Notes under the pieces: generated by a model
What the model saw: only the letters and a program-made list of their open reading frames with translations
Databases searched by the model: none
Told to the model about the DNA's origin: nothing
Made by a program: the position numbers and the translations under genes
Source of the DNA: the human T2T-CHM13v2.0 reference genome, Homo sapiens
DNA length: 64,000 nt
Assembly (NCBI RefSeq): GCF_009914755.1
Contig: NC_060929.1
Reading direction: 5' to 3' (one strand)
In this document: piece after piece, positions 12,520-25,779 of the stretch
How positions within the stretch are numbered: the first letter of the stretch is position 1
How the letters are laid out: each line of letters begins with the position of its first letter

Positions 12520-14907
12520 TGATATGGTTTGGCTCTGTCCCCACCTAGATTTCATCCTGAAATATAATTCCCATATATAGGAGGAAGGACATGGTGCGAG
12601 GTGATTGAATCATGGGGGAGGATTATCACCTTGCTGTTCTCATGATAGTGAGTGAATTTTCACCAGATCTGATGGTTTAAAAGTGTGGCACTTTCCCCTT
12701 CACTTTCTCTCTCTCTTTCTCCTGCTCCACCATGTTGAGACATACTTCCTTCCTCTTTTCCTCCCACCATGACTGTAAGATTCCTGAGGCCTCCTAGACA
12801 TGCTTCCTGAAGAGCCTGCAGAACTATGAGTCAATTAAACCTCTTTTCTTCATAAATTACCCAGTCTCACATAGTTTTTATTGCAGTGTGAAAATGGAAT
12901 AATACAGAAAATTGGTATCAGGAGAGAGGGGCACTGTTATAAAGATACCTGAAAATGTGGAAGTGATTTTGAAAAAGGCTAATGGGCAGAGGCTGGAAAA
13001 GTTTGGAGGACTCAGAAGAATATGAGAAGATGTGGGAAAGTTTGGAACTTCCTAGAGATTTGTTGAATGCTTGTGACCAAAATGCTGATGGTGATATGGA
13101 CAATGAAGTCCAGGCTGAGGTGGTCTCAGATGGAGATGAACCGCTTATTGGGAACTGGAGTAAGGGTCACTCCTGCTAGGCTTTAGCAAAGAGAGTGGTG
13201 GCATTTTGCCCTTGCCTCGTAGATCTGTGGAACTTTGAACTTGAGATAAATTATTTAGGGTATCTGATGGAATAAATTTCTAAGCAGCAAAGCATTCAAG
13301 AGGTGACTTGGCTGCTTCTAAAAGTATATGCTCATATATGTAACAAAAAGATGGTCTGAAATTGAAACTTATATTTAAAAAGGGAGCAGAGCACAAAAGT
13401 TTTGAAAACTTTGCAACATGACCATGCAGTAGAAAAGGAAAACCCATTTTGTGGGGCGAAATTCAAACTGGCTGCAGAGATTTTTGAAACTGAAGGGAAG
13501 TCAAATACTAATAGCCAAGACATTGGGGAAAAGGTCTCCAGGGTATTTCAGAGATCTTCGTGGCAGCCCCTCCCATCAGAGGCCCAGAGGCCTAGGAGAA
13601 AAAAATGGTTGTGTGGCCCAGGCCCAGGGCCCTGCTGCTCTGTGCAGCCTTGGTTTGTGGCACCCTGCATCCCAGCTGCTCTAGCTCCAGCCATGGTTAA
13701 CAAAAGGAAAGTAAACCTTGGGCTATGGCTTCAGAGGGTACAAGCCCCAAGCTGTAGTGGCTTCTACATGGTATTGGGCTTGTGGGTACACAGCAAGTAA
13801 GAACTGAGGTTTGGGAACCTCCACCTAGATCTCAGAGGATGTATGAAAATGTCTCAAAGTCCAAGCAGAAGCCTGTTGCAAGGGCACAGCTTTCATGGGA
13901 AATATCTACTAGGGGAGTGCAGAAAGGTAATGTGGGGTTGGAGTTCTCATACAGTCTCTCCACTGGGACATTGCCTACTGGAGCTATGAGAAGAGGTCCA
14001 TGGTCCTACAGATCCCAGAATGGTAGATCTACTGACAGTTTGCACCATGCACCTAGAAAAACCACATGCACTCAGTACCAATCTGTGATAGCAGCCACAG
14101 GGGTTGTACCCTACAGAGCCACAGGGGCAGAGCTTCCCAAGGCCTTGGGAGCCCACCTCTTGTATCAGCATGTCCTGGATGTAAGACATGGAGTCAAGAG
14201 AGATTATTTTGGAGTTTTAAGATTTAATGACTACCCTGCTGAGTTTTGGGCTTGCATAGGGCCTTTAGTCCCTTGGTTTTGGCCAATTTATCCTTGTTGT
14301 AACAGGAACATTTACCCAATTCTTGTATCCCCATTGTATCTTGGAAGTATTGTTTTCTTTCCATGGCTCATAGACGAAAGGGATTTGTCTTGTCTCAGAT
14401 GAGACTCTAAACTTGGACTTTTGAGTTACTGTTGGAATGAGTTACGTATTTGGGGGACTGTTGGGAAGGCATGATTGGTTTTGAAACGTGAAAATGACAA
14501 TTTTGGAGGGTCCAGGGGCAGAATGATATGGTTTGCCAATGTGTCCCCACCCAAATCTCATGTCATATTGAAGTTCCCAAGTATCACAGGAGGGGCCTGG
14601 TGGGAGGTGATTGAATCATGGAGGCAGATTTCTTTCTTGCTGTTTTCATGACAGTGAGTGAGTTCTCATGTGCTCTGATTGTTTAAAAGTGCGACACTTC
14701 CCCCTTCCATCTCTCACTTTCCTGCTCCGCCAAACTAAGATGTGCTTGCTTCCTCTTCACCTTCTGCCATGATTATAAGTTTCCTGAGGCCTTCTAGCCA
14801 TGCTTCCTGTATAGCCTGCAAAACTGTGAGTCAATTCAACCTCTCTTCTTCAAAAATTACACCGTCTTGGGTAGTTCTTTATACAAGTGTGAAAACAGAC
14901 TAAAACA
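12520..14907 (+). mobile_element. Full-length MaLR provirus (MSTA/THE1D-like): LTR 12520-12906, internal 12907-14523, LTR 14524-14907
   Basis: Two tgatatgg..aca LTRs; purine tract before the 3' LTR; 5-bp TSD ctaga/ccaga. Confidence 0.93.
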
Positions 14908-15346
14908 CCAGATATAATAATAAATTAATTGTTATAATCCTTCATATAGCCAACTATAAAATGGGAATGAGATTAATAGACACCTACCAGATCAAATATG
15001 AGAACTGGGCACACTGATGGATAATATGTTTTATCTCTGACACACAATTTACACTCAACATAAAATAACTAGTATAATTATTCTTAAGACACACATGTCT
15101 AGGCTGTAGTTCTAGAAATAGTAACAGAAGTCATTTCTCCTCCTTTGAAAATTAAATAAAAGCACAACTATAAGTTATTAATGAAATTGGTAATATATTA
15201 GTGATTTTATTATTTTGTAAAATATAAAAGGTGAATAAAACTCTACACAGTAACGTGGAACCATGTTAAAATGTAATATAATCAAAAATTTTAACATGGT
15301 TTGTTAATTGGAAACGTGTGAAATAGCTGGATAAGAATGAGGCATG

Positions 15347-15486
15347 AGCCAGGCACAGTGGCACATGCCTGTAGTCCCAGCTACTTGGGTGCCTGAAGCT
15401 GTAGGGTTGCTTGAGCCCAGGTGTTAGAAGCCAGTCTGGGCAACATAGAAAGATCCTCACTCTTAAAAAAAAAAAAAGAAAAAAAG
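15347..15486 (+). mobile_element. Free Alu monomer (FLAM-like)
   Basis: Single 7SL-derived monomer with A tail. Confidence 0.85.
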
Positions 15487-17302
15487 GTATCCTTTGTATC
15501 CTTCAACCAAGAGAATCCAATTATCTTATTTTTGACAAGTAGGATTCATTTTTCTTTAATAGAGATCATTTCAGAGCAGTTTTAAGTTTAAAGCAAAATC
15601 AAGTAGAAAGCACAGAGTTTCTGAAGTCCCTGCCCCAAACACCTACAGCCTCCCCCACTATCAACATCTTATATCACAGTACTACATTTGTTAAAATCAA
15701 TAAATTTGTATTTACACATCATTATCACACAAATGTTTATACTTTACATTCAAGTTTACTCTTTCACATTCTATGAATTTTCACAAATCTTTAATGACAT
15801 GTATTCACAGTTGTGGTATCACATAGAATAGTTTCACTGTCCTAAAACTCCTCTATGCTCCACCTATTCATCCCCTTCTAACCCTCAACCTTGGAAAGCA
15901 CTCATCTTTTTTACTGCCTCATAGGTTTGCCTTTTCCAGAATGCTATCATACATTATATAGCCTTTTAGATGAACTTATTTCATTTAATAACATACATTT
16001 AAGGTTTCTCTATATCTTTTCATACAGTTCACTTCTTTTTAGCACTGAATAACATGGCATTGTCTGGATATACCACAGTTTATTTATTCATTCACCTCCT
16101 GAAGGGTATTTGGTTGTTTCCAAATTTGAGCAATTTTGAATAAACGTGCTATAAACATCTGTGAGCAAGTTTTTATGTTGATAAAAGTTTTCAAGTTGTT
16201 CGGGTAAATAACAAGGAGAGCAATTACTGGATCGTATGGTAAGGGTATATTTAGTTCTTTAAGAAACCAAACCTAAGTGACCATATCATTTTGAATTCCC
16301 ATCAGCCACATATGAGAGTTTGCTCATATGCTGGTCCACATCTTCACCAGAATTTGGTATTAATGTTTTGGACTTTAGCCATTCTGATAGGTGTGCAGTT
16401 AGCTGTCTCTTGTTTGAAATTGCTACTCCCTAATGACATATCACATCAAACATATTCTCATATGTTTATTTATCATCTTATATTGCCTTTGGTGTGGTGT
16501 CTGTTCAGGTATTTTTGCCATTTTATAATTGGGTTGCCCATTTTTTTATTGTGGAATATTATGAGTTCTTTGTATAATAGCCCTTTATTTGACATGTTTT
16601 TTCAAGTATTTCTCCACATCCTATGATTTGTTTTCTCATTATTTTGACATTGTTTCTCACAGAGCAGTTTTAAATTTTAATGAAATCCAGCTCAGCAATT
16701 ATTTGTTTCATGGATCATGCCTTTTGTGTTGTATGTGAAAAGTCATTACCTAACCTAAGGTCATCTAGATTATCTCCTATGCTATATTATAGGAGTTTTA
16801 CCTTTAAGTCTGTGATCCATTTTAAGTTAATATTTTGAAGACTGTTATGGTCTGAGTCTAGATTTCTTTTTGGCATGTGAATGCCCAGTTTTCCAGCATC
16901 AATGGTTGAAAACACTATCTTTACTTCATTGTATCACCTTTGCTTTTCTGTCAAAGACTATTTGACTATATTTATACAGCTCTATTTCTGGGCTCTTGGT
17001 TCTGTTCCACTAATCTATTTTTGTATTCATTCACCAATACTACACTGCTTTGATTATTTTAGTCTTGAAGTCAGGTAGTGTCAGTTTTCCAGTTTTGTTC
17101 TTCTCTAATATTCGGTTGGCTCTTTGAAGTCTTTTGTCTCTCCATATAAACTTTAGAATCAGTCTGCCAATATCCACAGAATAACTTACTAAAATTTTGA
17201 TGGGGATTGCACTGAATGTACATATCCATTTTGGAACAAGTGACATCTTGACTATATTAAATCTTTGAGATCTTCTCCATAGACAGTTATGTCATCTGGA
17301 AG

Positions 17303-17714
17303 TGATATGCTTTGGATCTGTGTCCCCACCAAATCTCATGTCAAATTGTAGTGCCCAGTGTTGGAGGTGGGGCCTGGTGAGAGGTGATTGGATCTTGGAG
17401 GTGAATTTCTCATAAATAATTCAGCACCATCCCCCTTGGTACTGCCCTCACAGCAGTGAGTGAGTTCTCATGAAATCTGGCTGTTTAAAAATGTATAGCA
17501 CCTCCTGCTTCTATCTCTTCCTCCTGCTCTGGCCATGTTCGGAGTTCCCTTTGCCTTCTGTCATGATTGAAATCTTCCTGAGGCCTCCCCAAAAGCAGAA
17601 GTTGCTATACTTTCTGTATAGCTTGCAGAACCATGAGCCAATTAAACCTCTTTTCTTTAAAAATTACTCAGTCTCAAGTATTTCTTTATAGCAATTTGAG
17701 AATAAACTAATACA
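17303..17714 (+). mobile_element. MSTA/MSTB solo LTR
   Basis: tgatatgctttggatctgtgtcccc..gcagaaccatgagccaattaaacc..ctaataca. Confidence 0.88.
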
Positions 17715-19009
17715 GCAATCAAAGAGAGTTGTATTTTTTCCTTCTCACGCTGCAGACCTTTGATTTATTATTCTTGTCTTATTGCATTAGCTAGAACTTC
17801 CAGGATAATGTTGAAAAGTAATAGTGAGAAGAGACATTCTTGCCTTGCTCATAGTAATACTTTGAAAGAAACATTCTAGTTTCTCACCATTAAGTATAAT
17901 ATTAACTGTAGGGTTTTTGTAGATATTTTTTATCCATTAGAGGAAATTCTCCTCCATTTGTATTTGCTGAGATTTTATTTTTTAAATCATAAATGAGTGT
18001 TGAGTTTTTCAAATGATTTTTCCAAATCCATGAATGTGATTACATAAGTTTTATTAATTGTTTATATGAAGAATTACATAACCGATTTTCAAATGCTGAG
18101 CCAGCTTTGCATACCTGAAATAAAACCAACTTGTTTGTGGTCTGTGATTCCTTTTACATAATGTTAAATTTAATTTGCCAATATTTTGTTGAGTTTATTT
18201 ATTTTTTGCATTCATCTATGTTTATAAGAGCTACCAATATGTAGTTTTCATTTCTTTCAATGTCTTTGTCTGGTGATGGTATTAGGGCTATGCTGCCCTC
18301 ATAGAATGAGTTAGAGAGCATTCCCTTTTATTATGTTTTGCTATAATTGGTATAGAATTGGTATAATTTATTTCTTAAATGTCTGGTAGAATTCACCAAT
18401 GAACCCATCTGGGCCTGGTGCTTTCTGTTTTGTAAAGTTATTAATGATTTATATAATTTGTTTAAGAGATATGGGCTATTTATATTGTTTATTTCTTCTT
18501 GTGTGAGTTTGGCAAATTATGTCTTTCAAAAAAAGATTGCTTTCCTATAGTTTATCAAATTTGTTGGCATAAATTTGTTCATAATACTTATTATTATTTT
18601 TGATGTCAAGGGATCTGTGGTAATGTTCCCTTTTTTATTCAAGATATTGGTAATTTGTGACTTCTCTGCTTGTAATTTAGTTAGCCTGAATAGAGGCTTA
18701 TTTTATTAACCTTTTCAAGAACCAGCTTTTGGTTTTGTTGTTTTTCTCTATTGGTTTCCTGTTTTTAATTTCATTGATTTCAGCTCTAATTTTTCTTTTC
18801 TTCTGCTCATTTTGGTTTTAATTTGCTCTTCTTTTTTTTTTTCACTTCCTAAGGAGAAAGATTAAATTATTTATTTTTTATGTTTCTTTTAAAATACGTG
18901 CATTCAATGCTATACATTTTTCTCTAAACATTACTTTTCCTGCATCCCACAAATTTTGATGTTACATTTTTATTTTAATTCAATTTAAAATATTTTAAAA
19001 TTATTCTCA

Positions 19010-19310
19010 ATTTTTTTAATTTTAATTTATTTTTTGTGGATACATAGTAGGTGTATGCATTTATAGAATACGTGAGATATTTTGTTAAAGGCATATGATG
19101 CATAATTATCACATTAGGGTAAATGCAGTATCCATTACCTCAAGCATTTATCCTTTCTTTCTGTTACAAACAATCCAATTATCCTCTGTTATTTTAATGT
19201 ATAGTAAAGTATTATTGACTGCAGACATCCTGTTGTATAATCAAATATTAACTTATATTCATTCTATCTAACTTTTCTTTTGTGCCCATAAACCATCTTC
19301 CTCCACCCCT
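19010..19310 (-). mobile_element. L1MA2/3-like 3' end fragment nested in L1MC
   Basis: tttttgtggatacatagtaggtgtat..cattacctcaagcatttatcc. Confidence 0.75.
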
Positions 19311-19804
19311 TGAATTTTCCTTTTGATTCATGTATTCTTTTAAAGTCTTGTGTATAATCTCTAAGTATTTGCAGATTTTTTTTAGTTATTTTTCTGATAT
19401 GTATTTTGTGTGTCATTCAATTGTGCTCTAAAAGGGGACATTACTTCTATTCTCTTAAATGTGTTATTGTATGTTTTATGAGCAGAGTATGATCACAGGG
19501 GAATATTACATGTGAGCCTGAGAATAATGTGTACCCTAAATGAAGTAGTAAATAGATGTCAATCCAGTTGATTGATGATGCTCTTGAATTCAAGTATGTA
19601 TTTACTGATTTTCTACCTGCTGGCTGGATTCCATCATTTCTGATACAGAAGTATTTAAGTCACCAACTATAATAGTGGATATGATTTGGATCTGTGTCCC
19701 TGCCTAAATCCCATGTCAAATTATGATTCCTAATCATGGAGGTGGGGCCTGGTGGGAGGTGATTGGATCACAGGGACAGTTTCTCATGAATAGTTTAGCA
19801 CCAT

Positions 19805-20470
<666 letters not shown>

Positions 20471-20834
20471 ACCATCCTCCTGGTACTGTCCTTGTGATTA
20501 TGAGTGAGGTCTCATAAGACCTAGTTAGTTAAAAAATGCATGGCACCTCCCTATTTCTTTCTCTTGCTCCTGGTCCTGCCATGTGAGACATCTCACTCCC
20601 CTTTTGCTTCTGCCATTATCGTGGAAGCTTCCTGAAGCCTCTCTAAAAGCAGAAGCCAGTATGCTTCCTGTACAGCCTGCAGAACCATGAGCCAATTAAA
20701 CCTGCCTTTATAAATTTGATAGTCTCAGGTACTTCTTAACAGAAATGTGAGAATGAACTCACAGTGAATTCATCTATTTTTCCTTGCACTACCATTAGCA
20801 CTTTTCTTTTTATATTCTTTCCCTCCCACTTTTT

Positions 20835-20873
20835 ACACACACACACACAAGAACACACACATATGCACACACA
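20835..20873. repeat. Imperfect (CA)n
   Basis: acacacacacacacaagaacacacacatatgcacacaca. Confidence 0.8.
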
Positions 20874-22899
20874 TAGAAAATCTAAATTTAATAATCAAAA
20901 TTTAGCCCCAATGCATCTTATATTATTCAGCAATGTTAAGGAAAGTTTATAAGATGATTACGGAATTATTTTCATATAAATACAAATAATTTTGCAATTA
21001 CATTATGTCAAATTAAAATAAATTAATAATCTATTTTAATTGTGTTGCATTGTTGTACAGTTGGCTATACAAGATAAATGAAATGCATTGATTTCTACTT
21101 GAAGACTTCAATTTGATCCTGCATATATTGAATAAAGTATGACTTAAAATTTTATGCTCACATCATTCATCCAACAACAAACAATGGCTTACTCTGTTAA
21201 AATGAAAACATTGAGGAATATGAAAATAAGTTAAGCTGATATTTTGTCTAGAATTAAGAATGAAAGCAAAAATAGTTGTTTTATCATCATATGGACAAAA
21301 CATAGGAACTTGGCATGAAATTTTCTGTTATTATTAAAGCTACAAAATTTTTATACCACAAAACATGATATTACTAATACACACAAAGGATAGAATTATC
21401 ACTTTATTTATACTGCTTTTGAATGAATAGACTAAAAATATGTAAATGCAATTTAATATGCAATGCACAATGTAACTAGAATTTTAGGTTACTCAAATTT
21501 ACGAATACTTTTATCCGAGATCATTATTTGCATTTAATAATCTTTCCATTTTGTTTTAAGATATAAAGTCTTAGTAATACCACTTAAAGGAAACACACCA
21601 TAAAATGATAATCATTGGAATAAAAGCATTTTCTCATTAAGAAAATTTTTGCATAAAATTATATATTACTATGTCAAAATATATCTTTAGCATTATAATA
21701 TATGCTTCTGTATAAGTTATTATGTATAACATGGGGACAAACTCAGAAAATTCATTCTGTGTGATTTTCTTCCTCACTAGTAAATCAGAGCTGAATGCTA
21801 ATGCTGTTCCAATTGAAATATTTTCTACTTATATATGTTTATCCCTTCAGGGTAGCATGACAATATTGATACTTCAGTCATTAATATAAATAGATTTGTA
21901 GCACCAAAAATTTAGATTCAAACAGGATACACCTAGCTGCTCATGGCTTACAGTTTACTTGTTGTTTGATTTGTTGACTCGTACAATATCTATCTTTAGA
22001 AAGACCTTAAGGAAGTTCATATTAACATACACAATGAAATAAGACAAAATATAATAATTCAAGTGGATCAGAAGAGTGGCCTATTTTTTCATTTGCATGC
22101 CCCATTATGTGTTCCTTGATACGATTACATTGTTTTAGTCAAACATTTTTATTTGAGGACAAAAAAAATTGGATCCATCAAAGATAGTCTAAGCCACATG
22201 ATACTGAATGATTTAGAATTTCAGCTTGAGACATTCTGGACATCCATATAGGTATGCAATTTCAGCAATTTTCCATCTAGCAGACACATTTCACATAAGA
22301 CCACCATCCTATTCTTATATGATTCCCCTTTGTAGACTGTTTACCTTGTTCTGGGGGTGTCTTCATAATTACAAGCTCACACAGAAGACATGGCATTTAT
22401 AATACTAGTATTGTGGAAGCTGGGAAAATGCTGACTAGAATGCTAAAACAGTCTGGTGTGGGACTAGCGCACCTGTCACTCAAGATAAATGGCCATAAGC
22501 ACCACAAGCAATGAAGGTGAAAGCCCACAGCCTTGGGCCAGACCTCTGTTATATTCACTCTCTCAAGGAACTGATGTAAGAAGGACTTAATCAAAGGTAA
22601 TTTATGGCAACTCACAACCTCTTGATTTGTTCTATTTGGTAGCATTTTAAATTACAATCAATGAAATTATAGTCAATTGTTTTATAAATCTCCATTACTT
22701 TCACAAATTTACTTGTTTTGTAAATATGTAATTTTATGCCACTTCTCAAAAGTGAGGCAAAATAAAAATTTTCAAAGGATAAAAATTGTCAATCTTGACA
22801 AGTAAGTCGTTTATCCTGGTCTTTACCAAAATTGATAGGATGGATGAAGCCCAGAAAACTCTGTTAAACCTCTGCCTTCCTCAAATTCTATTGTCTGCT

Positions 22900-23246
22900 T
22901 GTTGCAGGAATATTCTTTAGTTCAGCTAAACAGGGGTCCTTGTCCCATAGCCATGAAAGTTTAGGCTCGCAGGTGGTTTGAAGGGTGTGTAAAGCAGAGT
23001 TTTATTGGGTGAAAAGGAAAAAAAAAAATTGGGGGGAAACAGGGACTCTCCACAAGGCCAGAGTTCCTCTAGAGCTTCCCGCCTCGCAGTTTGAATCCCA
23101 GGTCCCACACAGGAAGAGAAGGTTCCAGGCAACTCCCTGCTGCAAATTGCATGAACTTCTGTGGCTCCACCCCAGTGTGCATTCCTCCCAGTGTGCAGGC
23201 TGGTTCGAGTTTCTCTGGGGACCCCTTACCACCTGGCTGTCTGACA
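22900..23246 (-). mobile_element. ERV1 solo LTR, MER61-like
   Basis: Reverse strand starts near gacagccaggtggtaaggggtccccagagaaactc; antisense aataaa (ttttatt) near 23001. Confidence 0.72.
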
Positions 23247-23494
23247 TTCACTCAGTCACCTTATGACTCACCAGAGGCTTAAGGGGTATTGGATCTGTGC
23301 TACCTCCCAGGGCCACTAAACCAGACAACTGGTACTTATGGAACTCTGGCTCCACTGTCTAAATAAGTAAATAGATAGGGAAGTTAGAAACTGTGATGTG
23401 TCTTATAAAGCAACAATGACTGTCCTAACCTGATGTATCAGACTGGCCGCTTTCCCATCCATAATCTCCTCCCTGTGCTATAGAAAGTGAAACT

Positions 23495-23720
23495 GCAGAG
23501 CCTCCATACAGGCTCCAGAGCCACTCTTGGGTTTGAAGTCTCTGGTAATCTCTGCATGTGACCTTGGGCAACTCACTGACAAGGTGCCTCAGTTTTGTCA
23601 TTTCTAAGATGGGCACAATAAATAGTATCCACCTTCTCATGTTACCATGAGGATTAATGAGTTAATGTATTTACTTGCTTAGAATAATAGCTGACATCAG
23701 GATGAGTGAGCTGTTGTTAC
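23495..23720 (+). mobile_element. MIR
   Basis: tgtgaccttgggcaa..gcctcagttttgtcatttctaagatggg..gaggattaatgagttaat. Confidence 0.85.
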
Positions 23721-25313
23721 TTACTATTTTTACCCATGGGAATTACAGATTCTGACATTTATTTTAAAGAGAAAAATTTGGAGAAAAAAGAAAAGCAATC
23801 AGTTAAAAGGCAATGACTTAAAGCACACAATTTTGGAACTAAGAGAACCCTAGATACTATCTGATACAAACTTTTCATTTTCCAAATCAAACATAGAAAC
23901 TATTTGTTTTGTGCTGAATGCGCTCAGTAAATTAGCAGCAGGGCCCAGCTGGGATCAAAAATGTCTATGGCTGGGTCAATGGGCTCCCTGCTGCACTGCA
24001 ACCTCACTCTATAGAATCTCCTTCCAGAATCCAAGTGAGGAATTTATTTGAAAACCACCAAGGAAAGTCAGAATAGACCAGGTTTACAGCATGTACATTC
24101 TGATGGGCTAACTTTCTTATTTTTCTCTCCTATAACTCATTTTTTAAAAAATTTCTAGTTTTCTACCTCCAAAGTAAAGCAGGAAGAATTACTCGTTATC
24201 AGCTGTTCCAAGTGTGAAGAGACACTAAGTTGTCTACAAACATCTTCTAATCCTCAGCCTACAAAAAAAAAGGCCATCTAAATTATTAATCCTCAAAGTG
24301 GTTACCCTCCACAGCACACTAAATTGTCAAAAGCCTATAAATGGCACAAAACAGACATTCCTGTTTTTGCCCAATGGGCAAAAACAGGTTCTCCAACTGT
24401 TAAGAATGGCTTTTAGAAAAATCTCTCAAACACCAGGACACACATAAAAGCAATTACACCAAGGAAATAGTTGGAATTGGATGTTCTAGTTCTCATTCTG
24501 GCCATTTACCAAGAGAGTTCTAAATAAAATGGGCATGTATCTACACAAAGAAGATTGGGAGATGCATCAGAATTCCCTCCAGGGCCCAGAAAGCTCTGCC
24601 CTTTAAAAGTCAGAGAAATCCTTTTGCTTCAAAGGAAATAAAAGTTTATTCATGTGTACCTAGAGGCAGACGGCTGAGGGAAAGGAATTAATATGTGTAG
24701 GTGTGGCCTTCCTGCATTCTGATTACTAAAATAAGCTTGGGACTGAATGGAAATCTAGCTCTTATCCCGGGTATACATATCTTGGAGGGTTTTACACCCA
24801 CCATTTTCAGGGTACAGTTAGCCTTTGCTTCCCAGACCACTACCAAGGCATCCTTTGGTGTCTGGGCACACACTAGCCAATGGCTTTTTTCCTCCCTCCC
24901 CAGCCAAATCAAGCCTCATTCATTCCTATTTATTTTCCAAGATGGAGTAGGGGTTTCACTTCTTCCAAGTCATGTTTTCTGACTCTCAGTGGAGCAGGTT
25001 GGGGGTGCTCCTGTGTGAGGCTCTGCTCTCCCCTCTGTGCCTTCATTGTCTTGCCTGTCTGCCCCTCCGAGCAGCAAAACTGCTGGTGCATACGATCTGA
25101 GTCCTTAATCTCCGTCTCCCTGGCACCAAGCATTAGTCCTGTGGCATAACAAGTCTTCAGTGGATATTTGGTGAAGTTTTTAATTAATTAATTAAAGCCC
25201 AGCCTTTTCTGCCATCTGGAAAAGCATATATACGTATATACCCTCAAGCACATGCATGCTGAAGCCAACTTTTATTACCCACTGAAGAAAGAGTATTAGA
25301 ATGGGAGTGAGGG

Positions 25314-25721
25314 TGTTTCCAGTGGAAGGTGTTTAGGTTTTTGGCATCTTGAACAAAGAATTGAACAAAATACACCAACAAAGCAAGGAAACAATGAAGC
25401 AACAAAAGCAGAGATTTATTGAAAATGAAAGTATACTCCTCAGGTGTGAGCAGTTCTAAGCACAGGGGCTCAAGAACCTGGTTACATAATTTTCTGGGGT
25501 TTAAATACCCTCTAGAGGTTTCTGTTGGTTACTTGGTGTACACCCTATGTGAAGGAAGAGGATGAAGTAAAGTTACAAAGTCGTTTACTTGGCATATGCC
25601 CTAAGAAAATGGAGAGGATATTTCCTGTCATTGCTGAAGTGTTTTCATTTGATTTAGTTCTAGGAAATCAGCGTGAATCGGCCTTATGTTCCCTGCCTCC
25701 AGACCCTATTCTCCTTCCTCA
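25314..25721 (-). mobile_element. ERV1 solo LTR, MER51/LTR15 group
   Basis: Reverse strand begins tgaggaaggagaatagggtctggaggcaggg; TG..CA ends; perfect 4-bp TSD aggg. Confidence 0.8.
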
Positions 25722-25779
25722 AGGGAGAACCACATCCTAAGGATAACACTTAAATCTACTTCATTATATATTAAACAGA

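Noticed and set aside
13402-14402. 132-aa and 206-aa ORFs as a host gene
   Set aside because: Entirely within MaLR internal sequence, frameshifted, with non-ATG starts.
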